Source: Antedon mediterranea (Eukaryota > Animalia > Echinodermata). Taken from it: DNA of 64,000 nt. The position numbers and the translations under genes were made by a program. The notes beneath the pieces are model-generated. The model did not search any database and was not told the origin of the DNA. It saw nothing but the letters and a program-made list of their open reading frames with translations. The stretch spans positions 24,229,175-24,293,174 of the forward strand of contig NC_092677.1 in NCBI RefSeq assembly GCF_964355755.1. Reading direction: 5' to 3'. Positions 37,068-51,500 of the stretch are shown here, piece by piece (within the stretch, counting starts at the first letter, position 1; the number at the start of each line of letters is the position of its first letter).

Positions 37068-40000
37068 ATAACTAGTTACTATGGCTCTATAAGATGATGT
37101 TAGCAAAATATATGTGTATAAATGGCAATATTATAGCATAATTATTTAATTTTAAAAAGTGGAAAATTTTGTCATTTTTCGACACTTTTATTTTTTGGCC
37201 ATAACTAGTTACTATGGCTTTATAAAATGATGTTAGCAAAATATATGTGTATAATTATAGCATAATTTTTCGAATTTTAAAAAGTGGAAATGTTGGCCAT
37301 TTTTTGAAAAAAAATTCCTTTGGTCCCCCGCATGGAAATTTTTAAAAAATGGCCAAATTTCGACCCTTTTATTTTTTGACATAACTAGTTACTATGGCTC
37401 TATAAGATGATGTTAGCAAAATATATGTGTATAAATTGCAATATTATAGCATAATTTTTGAATTATAAAAAGTGGAAATTTTGGCAATTTTTCGAAAAAA
37501 AATCCTATGGTCCCCAACAGGGAAATTTTCAAAAAATGGAAAAATTTCGACCCTTTTATTTTTTGACACAACTAGTTACTATGGCTCTATAAGATGATGT
37601 TAGCAAAATATATGTGGGGGACCATAGGATTTTTTTTTTGAAAAATTGCCAAAATTTCCACTTTTTATAATTCAAAAATTATGCTATAATATTGCAATTT
37701 ATACACATATATTTTGCTAACATCATCTTATAGAGCCATAGTAACTAGTTATGTCAAAAAATAAAAGGGTCGAAATTTGGCCATTTTTTAAAAATTTCCA
37801 TGCGGGGGACCAAAGGAATTTTTTTTTTATACACATACATTTTCATTTTTCGACACTTTTATTTTTTTTGCCATAACTAGACGACTTCTCTGATACTGAC
37901 AAATATCGGTCTGCCGCCCTCTGTAATATTGATAATAAAGTAACTGTAGATTTAAATATTCGTAATTAATTGCACTGCAAATGAATGAAATTAAAACAAA
38001 CAAATTACTAATCATGGCTCTATAAAACGATGTTAGCAAAATATATGTGTATAATTGGCAATATTATAGCATATTTTTTCGAATTTTAAAAAGTGAAAAT
38101 GTTGGCCATTTTTCTAAAAAAAATTCCTTTGGTCCCCCACAGGGAAATTTTTGAAAAATTGCCAAATTTCGACCCTTTTGTTTTTTGACATAACAGTTAC
38201 TATGGCTCTATAAGATGATGTTAGCAAAATATATGTGTATAAATGGCAATATTAAAGTATAATTTGTTGAATTTTAAAAAGTGGAAATTTTGGCAATTTT
38301 TCGAGAAAAATCGTATGGTCCCCCGCAGGGAAATTTTCAAAAAATGGCCAAATTTCGACCCTTTTATTTTTTGACATAACTAGTTACTATGGCTCTATAA
38401 GATGATGTTAGCAAAATATATGTGTATACATGGCAATATTATAGCATAAGTATTTAATTTTAAAAAGTGGAAAATTTTGTCATTTTTCGACACTTTCATT
38501 TTTTTGCCATAACTAGTTACAATGGCTCTATAAAATGATGTTAGCAAAATATATGTGTATAATTGGCAATATTATAGCATAATTTTTCGAATTTTAAAAA
38601 GTGGAAATGTTGGCCATTTTTCGAAAAAAATTTCCTTTGGTCCCCCGCAGGGAAATTTTCAAAAAATGGAAAAATTTCGACCCTTTTATTTTTTGACATA
38701 ACTAGTTACTATGGCTCTATAAGATGATGTTAGCAAAATATATGTGTATAAATTGCAATATTATAGCATAATTTTTGAATTATAAAAATTGGAAATTTTG
38801 GCAATTTTTCGAAAAAAAATCCTATGGTCCCCAACAGGGAAATTTTCAAAAAATGGAAAAATTTCGACCCTTTTATTTTTTGACATAACTAGTTACTATG
38901 GCTCTATAAGATGATGTTAGCAAAATATATGTGGGGGACCATAGGATTTTTTTTTTTGAAAAATTGCCAAAATTTCCACTTTTTATAATTCAAAAATTAT
39001 GCTATAATATTGCAATTTATACACATATATTTTGCTAACATCATCTTATAGAGCCATAGTAACTAGTTATGTCAAAAAATAAAAGGGTCGAAATTTGGCC
39101 ATTTTTTAAAAATTTCCATGCGGGGGACCAAAGGAATTTTTTTTTTATACACATACATTTTCATTTTTCGACACTTTTATTTTTTTGCCATAACTAGTTA
39201 CTATGGCTCTATAAAACGATGTTAGCAAAATATATGTGTATAATTGGCAATATTATAGCATATTTTTTCGAATTTTAAAAAGTGAAAATGTTGGCCATTT
39301 TTCCAAAAAAAATTCCTTTGGTCCCCCACAGGGAAATTTTTGAAAAATTGCCAAATTTCGACCCTTTTGTTTTTTGACATAACAGTTACTATGGCTCTAT
39401 AAGATGATGTTAGCAAAATATATGTGTATAAATGGCAATATTAAAGTATAATTTGTTGAATTTTAAAAAGTGGAAATTTTGGCAATTTTTCGAGAAAAAT
39501 CGTATGGTCCCCCGCAGGGAAATTTTCAAAAAATGGCCAAATTTCGACCCTTTTATTTTTTGACATAACTAGTTACTATGGCTCTATAAGATGATGTTAG
39601 CAAAATATATGTGTATACATGGCAATATTATAGCATAAGTATTTAATTTTAAAAAGTGGAAAATTTTGTCATTTTTCGACACTTTCATTTTTTTGCCATA
39701 ACTAGTTACAATGGCTCTATAAAATGATGTTAGCAAAATATATGTGTATAATTGGCAATATTATAGCATAGTTTTTCGAATTTTAAAAAGTGGAAATGTT
39801 GGCCATTTTTCGAAAAAAATTTCCTTTGGTCCCCCGCAGGGAAATTTTCAAAAAATGGAAAAATTTCGACCCTTTTATTTTTTGACATAACTAGTTACTA
39901 TGGCTCTATAAGATGATGTTAGCAAAATATATGTGTATAAATTGCAATATTATAGCATAATTTTTGAATTATAAAAAGTGGAAATTTTGGCAATTTTTCG

Positions 40001-42360
40001 AAAAAAAATCCTATGGTCCCCCGCAGGGAAATTTTCAAAAAATGGAAAAATTTTGACACTTTTATTTTTTGACATAACTAGTTACTATGGCTCTATAAGA
40101 TGATGTTAGCAAAATATATATGTATAAATGGCAATATTATAGCATAATTTTTGAATTATAAAAAGTGGAAATTTTGGCCATTTTTCGAAAAAAAAATCCT
40201 ATGGTCCCCCGCAGGGAAATTTTCAAAAAATGGAAAAATTTCGACCCTTTTATTTTTTAACATAACTAGTTACTATGGCTCTATAAGATGATGTTAGCAG
40301 AATATATGTGTATAAATGGCAATATTATAGCATAATCTTTTAATTATAAAAAGTGGAAATTTTGGCCATTTTTCGAAAAAAAAATCCTATGGTCCCCCGC
40401 AGGGAAATTTTCAAAAAATGGAAAAATTTCGACCCTTTTATTTTTTAACATAACTAGTTACTATGGCTCTATAAGATGATGTTAGCAAAATATATGTGTA
40501 TAAATGGCAATATTATAGCATAATTATTTAATTTTAAAAAGTGGAAAATTTTGTCATTTTTGACACTTTTATTTTTTTGCCATAACTAGTTACTCTGGCT
40601 CTATAAAAGGATGTTAGCAAAATATATGTGTATAATTGGCAATATTATAGCATAATTTTTCGAATTTTAAAAAGGTTGAAATGTTGGCCATTTTTCGAAA
40701 AAAAATTCCTTTGGTCCCCCACAGGGAAATTTTCAAAAAATTGCCAAATTTCGACCCTTTTATTTTTTGACATAACTAGTTACTATGGCTCTATAAAATG
40801 ATGTTAGCAAAATATATGTGTATAAATTGCAATATTATAGCATAATTTGTGAATTATAAAAAGTGGAAATTTTGGCAATTTTTCGAAAAAAAATCCTATG
40901 GTCCCCAACAGGGAAATTTTTAAAAAATGGAAAAATTTCGACCCTTTTATTTTTTGACATAACTAGTTACTATGGCTCTATAAGATGATGTTAGCAAAAT
41001 ATATGTGAGGGACCATAGGATTTTTTTTTTGAAAAATTGCCAAAATTTCCACTTTTTATAATTCAAAAATTATGCTATAATTTCAACACCCCCCCCCCCG
41101 CAGGGAAATTTTCAAAAAATGGAAAAATTTCGACCCTTTTATTTTTTGACATAACTAGTTACTATGGCTCTATAAGATGATGTTAGCAAAATATATGTGT
41201 ATAAATGGCAATATTATAGCATAATTATTTAATTTTAAAAACTGGAAAATTTTTTTCATTTTTCCAAAAAAAATTCCTTTGGTCCCCCACAGGGAAATTT
41301 TTGAAAAATTGCCAAATTTCGACCCTTTTGTTTTTTGACATAACAGTTACTATGGCTCTATAAGATGATGTTAGCAAAATATATGTGTATAAATGGCAAT
41401 ATTAAAGTATAATTTGTTGAATTTTAAAAAGTGGAAATTTTGGCAATTTTTCGAGAAAAATCGTATTGTCCCCCGCAGGGAAATTTTCAAAAAAATGGCC
41501 AAATTTCGACCCTTTTATTTTTTGACATAACTAGTTACTATGGCTCTATAAGATGATGTTAGCAAAATATATGTGTATACATGGCAATATTATAGCATAA
41601 GTATTTAATTTTAAAAAGTGGAAAATTTTGTCATTTTTCGACACTTTCATTTTTTTGCCATAACTAGTTACAATGGCTCTATAAAATGATGTTAGCAAAA
41701 TATATGTGTATAATTGGCAATATTATAGCATAATTTTTCGAATTTTAAAAAGTGGAAATTTTGGCAATTTTTCGAAAAAAAATCCTATGGTCCCCCGCAG
41801 GGAAATTTTCAAAAAATGGAAAAATTTTGACACTTTTATTTTTTGACATAACTAGTTACTATGGCTCTATAAGATGATGTTAGCAAAATATATATGTATA
41901 AATGGCAATATTATAGCATAATTTTTGAATTATAAAAAGTGGAAATTTTGGCCATTTTTCGAAAAAAAAATCCTTTGGTTCCCCGCATGGAAATTTTTAA
42001 AAAATTGCAAAATTTCGACCCTTTTATTTTTTTGACATAACTAGTTACTATGGCTCTATAAGATGATGTTAGCAAAATATATGTGTATAAATGGCAATAT
42101 TATAGCATAATTTTTCGAATTTTAAAAAGTGGAAATGTTGGCCATTTTTCGAAAAAAATTTCCTTTGGTCCCCCGCAGGGAAATTTTCAAAAAATGGAAA
42201 AATGTTGACCCTTTTATTTTTTGACATAACTAGTTACTATGGCTCTATAAGATGATGTTAGCAAAATATATGTGTATAAATGGCAATATTATAGCATAAT
42301 TTTTGAATTATAAAAAGTGGAAATTTTGGCAATTTTTCGAAAAAAAAATCCTATGGTCCC

Positions 42361-44545
42361 TGTTGAACCCACAAATGTAAAAACGCCCACAAATGTGAAA
42401 ACAACCACAAATGTGAAAACGCATCACCCACAAATGTGAAAACAACCACAAATGTGAAAACGCATCACCCACAAATGTGAAAACAACCACAAATGTGAAA
42501 ACGAATCAACCACAAATGTAATAAACAGCGCCCACAAATGTGAAAACGATCATCGCCCACAAATGTGATAACGCCCACAAAATGTAAAAAAAAATGAGAA
42601 TTTTTCGGCCACAAATGTAAAAAAAAAAATCAGATCAAATTTAATGCTAGACTCAAACAATTTTGATCGAGGTACTACATTATATCATGATTGTATTGAG
42701 TTGTTTCAATAATTGTTTGTTCACGATACGTCTGTTAGGGTCGTGTTTAACGCGTTGGATTATTATAATTTGCTGCTCATGCGCGCGATATTTGCACGTT
42801 AACTCGTTTGTTTAATGAACGTAATAGTTCAAGACGATATTTGTTATTTGCTGCGCGCGTGCACGATACTTCAAGGTCAAGGCCATGTTATATCATTGTT
42901 GCTTCTACTGTGTGGTTGTTGGCTTACTATTATGTACGTATAGTTATAAGTCGATGTTCGATGTTTTTTTGAGCGTGCACACGATACAACAAGATCAAGG
43001 TTAAATTGCTACTTGTATGTAGTGTGTGGTTATTAACTCGTTGGCTTTACTGTTATGTACGTATAGTTCAAGTCGATGTTCGATTCGATGTTTTTGTGCG
43101 CGTACACGATACCACAAGATCAAGGTCATATATACTATTGCTACTTAATTCTATTTCTTTAAATTGTCGAATATACGTTTGATAGTAAATCAGTTAAATT
43201 TTAATGCATTCAATAGGTAATATTATTCTCCGTATATCTTTATAATTAGACGCTAAAAATAGATATACAAATTAAACAATAAGCATCAGATTAAACCACG
43301 AATGTAAATAGTAGTATAGTAGGAAGTTTTGTCCATTAGTATAATTGTTATAGATTTCATAGTATGTTTTATAGAATACATGTTCGTGACAAGTTTGATA
43401 CTATCGTATCGTATATTATGTTTGGTTGGATATTGGTGTTACGGTATTATTCTATGTTACAATTTGTTTATCGCTCTAAAATAAAGAAATTCTTTTATTA
43501 GTTGTTCTTGCTCTAGCTCTTGTATTATTATCTTGTGGTTATAGTTTTGTAAAAAAATTGAACATTAGGAACTACTGCAATAACTGAACGACGAGTATAG
43601 CATTGATCTTGTAGTATCGTGTACACCGAGCATCGACTTGGAGCTATAATACGTACATAATACTAATATAGTAAGCCCAACTGCACTTCAAGCAGCAATG
43701 ATATATGACCTTGTAGTATCGTGCACGCGCACAAAAAAAAATCGAATCGACCATCGACTTGGAACTATACGTACATAACAATAAGCCAACGAGTTAACAA
43801 CCACAAGTAGCAATAGTATATATGACCTTGACCTTGTGGTATCGTGTACGCGCACAAAAACATCGAATCGAACATCGACTTGAACTATACGTACATAACA
43901 GTAAGCCAACGAGTTAATAACCACACACTACATACAAGTAGCAATTGAACCTTGACCTTGTTGTATCGTGTGCGCGCAAAAAAAAAATATCGAACATCGA
44001 CTTATAACTATACGTACATAATAGTAAGCCAACAACGACACAGTAGAAGCAACAATGATATAACATGGCCTTGACCTTGAAGTATCGTGCACGCGCGCAG
44101 CAAATAACAAATATCGTCTTGAACTATTACGTTCATTAAACAAACGAGTTAACGTGCAAATATCGTGCGCACGAGCAGCAAATGATAATAATCCAACGCG
44201 TTAACCACGACCCTAACAGACGTATCGTGAACAAACAACTCAATACAATCATGATATAATGTTTGTCTGAATCTAGCATTAAATTTGATCTGAATTTTTT
44301 TACATTTGTGGGCGAAAAAGTCTCTCTTGTTTTTACATTTGTGGGCGTTATCACATTTGTGGGCGATGATCGTTTTCACATTTGTGGGCGCTGTTTTCAC
44401 ATTTGTGGTTGATGCGTTTTCACATTTGTGGTTGTTTTCACATTTGTAGGTGATGCGTTTTCACATTTGTGGTTGTTTTCACATTTGTGGGTGATGCGTT
44501 TTCACATTTGTGGTTGTTTTCACATTTGTTGGCGTTTTCACATTT
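42361..44545. mobile_element. ~2.2-kb fold-back non-autonomous DNA transposon with TGT terminus (Ginger-like), right tip deleted
   Basis: Starts tgttgaacccacaaatg; ~750-bp inverted arms with subterminal (ccacaaatgtgaaaac)n arrays; AT-rich spacer; no transposase ORF. Confidence 0.8.
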
Positions 44546-47500
44546 CAGGGAAATTTTCAAAAAATGGAAAAATTTCGACCCTTTTATTTTTTAACATAAC
44601 TAGTTACTATGGCTCTATAAGATGATGTTAGCAAAATATATGTGTATAAATGGCAATATTATAGCATAATTATTTAATTTTAAAAAGTGGAAAATTTTTT
44701 TCATTTTTTCGACACTTTTATTTTTTTGCCATAACTAGTTACTACGGCTCTATAAAATGATGTTAGCAAAATATATGTGTATAATTGGCAATATTATAGC
44801 ATAATTTTTCGAATTTTAAAAAGTGGAAATGTTGGCCATTTTTCGAAAAAAATTTCCTTTGGTCCCATGCAGGGAAATTTTCAAAAAATGTAAAAATTTC
44901 GACCCTTTTATTTTTTGACATAACTAGTTACTATGGCTCTATAAGATGATGTTAGCAAAATATATGTGTATAAATGGCAATATTATAGCATAATTATTTA
45001 ATTTTAAAAAGCGGAAAATTTTGTCATTTTTCGACACTTTTATTTTTTTGTCATAACTAGTTACTATGGCTCTATAAAATGATGTTAGCAAAATATATAT
45101 GTATAATTGGCAATATTATAGCATAATTTTTCGAATTTTAAAAAGTGGAAATGTTGGCCATTTTTCGAAAAAAATTTCCTTTGGTCCCCCGCAGGGAAAT
45201 TTTCAAAAAATGGAAAAATTTTGACCCTTTTATTTTTTGACATAACTAGTTACTATGGCTCTATAAGATGATGTTAGCAAAATATATATGTATAAATGGC
45301 AATATTATAGCATAATTTTTGAATTATAAAAAGTGAAAATTTTGGCCATTTTTCGAAAAAAAAATCCTATGGTCCCCCGCAGGGAAATTTTCAAAAAATG
45401 GAAAAATTTCGACCCTTTTATTTTTTGACCTAACTAGTTACTATGGCTCTATAAGATGATGTTAGCAAAATATATATGTATAAATGGCAATATTATAGCA
45501 TAATTTTTGAATTATAAAAAGTGGAAATTTTGGCCATTTTTCGAAAAAAAAATCCTATGGTCCCCCGCAGGGAAATTTTCAAAAATGGAAAAATTTCGAC
45601 CCTTTTATTTTTTGACATAACTAGTTACTATGGCTCTATAAGATGATGTTAGCAAAATATATGTGTATAAATGGCAATATTATAGCATAATTATTTAATT
45701 TTAAAAGGTGGAAAATTTTTTTTCATTTTTCGACACTTTTATTTTATTGCCATAACTAGTTACTATGGCTCTATAAGATGATGTTAGCAAAATATATGTG
45801 TATAAATTGCAATATTATAGCATAATTTTTGAATTATAAAAAGTGGAAATTTTGGCAATTTTTCGAAAAAAAATCCTATGGTCCCCCGCAGGGAAATTTT
45901 CAAAAAATGGAAAAATTTTGACCCTTTTATTTTTTGACATAACTAGTTACTATGGCTCTATAAGATGATGTTAGCAAAATATATATGTATAAATGGCAAT
46001 ATTATAGCATAATTTTTGAATTATAAAAAGTGGAAATTTTGGCAATTTTTCGAAAAAAAATCCTATGGTCCCCCGCAGGGAAATTTTCAAAAAATGGAAA
46101 AATTTTGACCCTTTTATTTTTTGACATAACTAGTTACTATGGCTCTATAAGAATATGATGTTAGCAAAATATATATGTATAAATGGCAATATTATAGCAT
46201 AATTTTTGAATTATAAAAAGTGGAAATTTTGGCCATTTTTCGAAAAAAAAATCCTATGGTCCCCCGCAGGGAAATTTTCAAAAATGGAAAAATGTTGACC
46301 CTTTTATTTTTTGACATAACTAGTTACTATGGCTCTATAAGATGATGTTAGCAAAATATATGTGTATAAATGGCAATATTATAGCATAATTATTTAATTT
46401 TAAAAGGTGGAAAATTTTTTTTCATTTTTCGACACTTTTATTTTATTGCCATAACTAGTTACTATGGCTCTATAAAATGATGTTAGCAAAATATATGTGT
46501 ATAAATCGCAATATTATAGCATAATTTTTGAATTATAAAAAGTGGAAATTTTGGCAATTTTTTGGAAAAAAAATCCTATGGTCCCCCACAGGGAAATTTT
46601 CAAAAAATGGAAAAATTTTGACCCTTTTATTTTTTGACATAACTAGTTACTATGGCTCTATAAGATGATAGCAAAATATATGTGTATAAATGGCAATATT
46701 ATAGCATAATTTTTGAATTATAAAAAGTGGAAATTTTGGCCATTTTTCGAAAAAAAAATCCTATGGTCCCCCGCAGGAAAATTTTCAAAAAAATGGAAAA
46801 ATTTCGACCCTTTTATTTTTTAACATAACTAGTTACTATGGCTCTATAAGATGATGTTAGCAGAATATATGTGTATAAATGGCAATATTATAGCATAATT
46901 TTTGAATTATAAAAAGTGGAAATTTTGGCAATTTTTCAGAAAAAAAATCCTATGGTCCCCCGCAGGGAAATTTTCAAAAAATGGAAAAATTTTGACCCTT
47001 TTATTTTTTGACATAACTAGTTACTATGGCTCTATAAGATGATGTTAGCAAAATATATGTGTATAAATGGCAATATTATAGCATAATTATTTAATTTTAA
47101 AAGGTGGAAAATTTTTTTTCATTTTTCGACACTTTTATTTTATTGCCATAACTAGTTACTATGGCTCTATAAGATGATGTTAGCAAAATATATGTGTATA
47201 AATTGCAATATTATAGCATAATTTTTGAATTATAAAAAGTGGAAATTTTGGCAATTTTTCGAAAAAAAATCCTATGGTCCCCCGCAGGGAAATTTTCAAA
47301 AAATGGAAAAATTTTGACCCTTTTATTTTTTGACATAACTAGTTACTATGGCTCTATAAGATGATGTTAGCAAAATATATATGTATAAATGGCAATATTA
47401 TAGCATAATTTTTGAATTATAAAAAGTGGAAATTTTGGCAATTTTTCGAAAAAAAATCCTATGGTCCCCCGCAGGGAAATTTTCAAAAAATGGAAAAATT

Positions 47501-47657
47501 TTGACCCTTTTATTTTTTGACATAACTAGTTACTACGGCTCTATAAGAATATGATGTTAGCAAAATATATATGTATAAATGGCAATATTATAGCATAATT
47601 TTTGAATTATAAAAAGTGGAAATTTTGGCCATTTTTCGAAAAAAAAATCCTATGGTC

Positions 47658-48544
47658 TGTTGAACCCACAAATGTGAAAACGCCCACAAATGTGAAAACA
47701 ACCACAAATGTGAAAACGTATCACCCACAAATGTGAAAACAACCACAAATGTGAAAACGCATCACCCACAAATGTGAAAACAACCACACTTGTAAAAACG
47801 CATCACCCACAAATGTGAAAACAGCGCCCACAAATGTGAAAAAAAGAGAGATCTTGTCGCCCACAAATGTAAAAAAGAATCCAAATCAAATTTAGTGCTA
47901 GACCCAAACAATTTTGATCGAGTTAATGTTAATGTATATACATTGTATTGAGTTGTTTCAATAATTGTGTGTTCACGATACATCTGTTAGGGTCGTCGTT
48001 AACGCGTTGGATTATTACAATTTACTGCTCGTGCGCGCGATATTTGCATGTTAACTCGTTGGTGGTTTAATGTACGTATAGTTCAAGACGATATTTGCTG
48101 CGCGCTGCAGGATACTTCCTTCCAGATCAAGGCCATGTTATATCATTGTTGCTTGTAGTTGTGTAGTTGTTAACTGGTTGACTTACTATTATGTACGTAT
48201 AGTTCCAAGTCGATGCAAAAAACATCGAACATGGTAATATTCCAACCCGTTAATGACGACCCTAACAGACGTATCGTGAACACACAATTATTGAAACAAC
48301 TCAATACACATGATATAATGTATTAACTTGATCAAACTTGTTTGAGTCTAGCACTAAATTTGATTTGATTTTTTTTTTACATTTGTGGGCGATGGTCGTT
48401 TTCACATTGGTGGGCGCTGTTTTATTACATTTGTGGGTGATGCGTTTTCACATTTGTGGTTGTTTTCACATTTGTGGGTGATGCGTTTTCACATTTGTGG
48501 TTGTTTTTACATTTGTGGGCGTTTTCACATTTGTGGGTTCAACA
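47658..48544. mobile_element. ~890-bp member of the same fold-back family, TGT...ACA ends, 5-bp TSD
   Basis: TGGTC|tgttgaacccacaaatgtg...cacatttgtgggttcaaca|TGGTC. Confidence 0.88.
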
Positions 48545-51500
48545 TGGTCCCCCGCAGGGAAATTTTCAAAAATGGAAAAATTTTGACCCTTTTATTTTTT
48601 GACATAACTAGTTACTATGGCTCTATAAGGTGATGTTAGCAAAATATATGTGTATAAATGGCAATATTATAGCATAATTATTTAATTTTAAAAGGTGGAA
48701 ATTTTTTTTTCATTTTTCGACACTTTTATTTTATTGCCATAACTAGTTACTATGGCTCTATAAAATGATGTTAGCAAAATATATGTGTATAAATCGCAAT
48801 ATTATAGCATAATTTTTGAATTATAAAAAGTGGAAATTTTGGCAATTTTTTGGAAAAAAAATCCTATGGTCCCCCACAGGGAAATTTTCAAAAAATGGAA
48901 AAATTTTGACCCTTTTATTTTTTGACATAACTAGTTACTATGGCTCTATAAGATGATAGCAAAATATATGTGTATAAATGGCAATATTATAGTATAATTT
49001 TTGAATTATAAAAAGTGGAAATTTTGGCCATTTTTTGAAAAAAAAATCCTATGGTCCCCCGCAGGGAAATTTTCAAAAAATGGAAAAATTTTGACCCTTT
49101 TATTTTTTGACATAACTAGTTACTATGGCTCTATAAGAATATGATGTTAGCAAAATATATATGTATAAATGGCAATATTATAGCATAATTTTTGAATTAT
49201 AAAAAGTGGAAATTTTGGCCATTTTTCGAAAAAAAAATCCTATGGTCCCCCGCAGGGAAATTTTCAAAAATGGAAAAATTTTGACCCTTTTATTTTTTGA
49301 CATAACTAGTTACTATGGCTCTATAAGGTGATGTTAGCAAAATATATGTGTATAAATGGCAATATTATAGCATAATTATTTAATTTTAAAAGGTGGAAAT
49401 TTTTTTTTCATTTTTCGACACTTTTATTTTATTGCCATAACTAGTTACTATGGCTCTATAAAATGATGTTAGCAAAATATATGTGTATAAATCGCAATAT
49501 TATAGCATAATTTTTGAATTATAAAAAGTGGAAATTTTGGCAATTTTTTGGAAAAAAAATCCTATGGTCCCCCACAGGGAAATTTTCAAAAAATGGAAAA
49601 ATTTCGACCCTTTTATTTTTTGACATAACTAGTTACTATGGCTCTATAAGATGATGTTAGCAAAATATATATGTATAAATGGCAATATTATAGCATAATT
49701 TTTGAATTATAAAAAGTGGAAATTTTGGCCATTTTTCGAAAAAAAAATCCTATGGTCCCCCGCAGGGAAATTTTCAAAAAATGGAAAAATTTCGACCCTT
49801 TTATTTGTTGACATAACTAGTTACTATGGCTCTATAAGATGATGTTAGCAAAATATATGTGTATAAATGGCAATATTATAGCATAATTTTTCGAATTTTA
49901 AAAAGTGGAAATGTTGGCCATTTTTCCAAAAAAAATTCCTTTGGTCCCCCACAGGGAAATTTTTGAAAAATTGCCAAATTTCGACCCTTTTGTTTTTTGA
50001 CATAACTAGTTACTATGGCTCTATAAGATGATGTTAGCAAAATATATGTGTATAAATGGCAATATTAAAGTATAATTTGTTGAATTATAAAAAGTGGAAA
50101 TTTTGGCAATTTTTCGGAAAAAAATCCTATGGTCCCCCGCAGGGAAATTTTCAAAAAATGGAAAAATTTTGACACTTTTATTTTTTGACATAACTAGTTA
50201 CTATGGCTCTATAAGATGATGTTAGCAAAATATATATGTATAAATGGCAATATTATAGCATAATTTTTGAATTATAAAAAGTGGAAATTTTGGCCATTTT
50301 TCGAAAAAAAAATCCTATGGTCCCCCGCAGGGAAATTTTCAAAAAATGGAAAAATTTCGACCCTTTTATTTTTTAACATAACTAGTTACTATGGCTCTAT
50401 AAGATGATGTTAGCAGAATATATGTGTATAAATGGCAATATTATAGCATAATCTTTTAATTATAAAAAGTGGAAATTTTGGCCATTTTTCGAAAAAAAAA
50501 TCCTATGGTCCCCCGCAGGGAAATTTTCAAAAAATGGAAAAATTTCGACCCTTTTATTTTTTAACATAACTAGTTACTATGGCTCTATAAGATGATGTTA
50601 GCAAAATATATGTGTATAAATGGCAATATTATAGCATAATTATTTAATTTTAAAAAGTGGAAAATTTTGTCATTTTTCGACACTTTTATTTTTTTGCCAT
50701 AACTAGTTACTCTGGCTCTATAAAAGGATGTTAGCAAAATATATGTGTATAATTGGCAATCTTATAGCATAATTTTTCGAATTTTAAAAAGGTTGAAATG
50801 TTGGCCATTTTTCGAAAAAAAATTCCTTTGGTCCCCCACAGGGAAATTTTCAAAAAATTGCCAAATTTCGACCCTTTTATTTTTTGACATAACTAGTTAC
50901 TATGGCTCTATAAAATGATGTTAGCAAAATATATGTGTATAATTGGCAATATTATAGCATAATTTTTCGAATTTTAAAAAGGGGAAATGTTGGCCATTTT
51001 TTGAAAAAAAATTCCTTTGGTCCCCCGCATGGAAATTTTTAAAAAATGGCCAAATTTCGACCCTTTTATTTTTTAACATAACTAGTTACTATGGCTCTAT
51101 AAGATGATGTTAGCAAAATATATGTGTATAAATGGCAATATTATAGCATAATTATTTAATTTTAAAAAGTGGAAAATTTTGTCATTTTTCGACACTTTTA
51201 TTTTTTTGCCATAACTAGTTACTCTGGCTCTATAAAAGGATGTTAGCAAAATATATGTGTATAATTGGCAATATTATAGCATAATTTTTCGAATTTTAAA
51301 AAGGTTGAAATGTTGGCCATTTTTCGAAAAAAAATTCCTTTGGTCCCCCACAGGGAAATTTTCAAAAAATTGCCAAATTTCGACCCTTTTATTTTTTGAC
51401 ATAACTAGTTACTATGGCTCTATAAAATGATGTTAGCAAAATATATGTGTATAATTGGCAATATTATAGCATAATTTTTCGAATTTTAAAAAGGGGAAAT

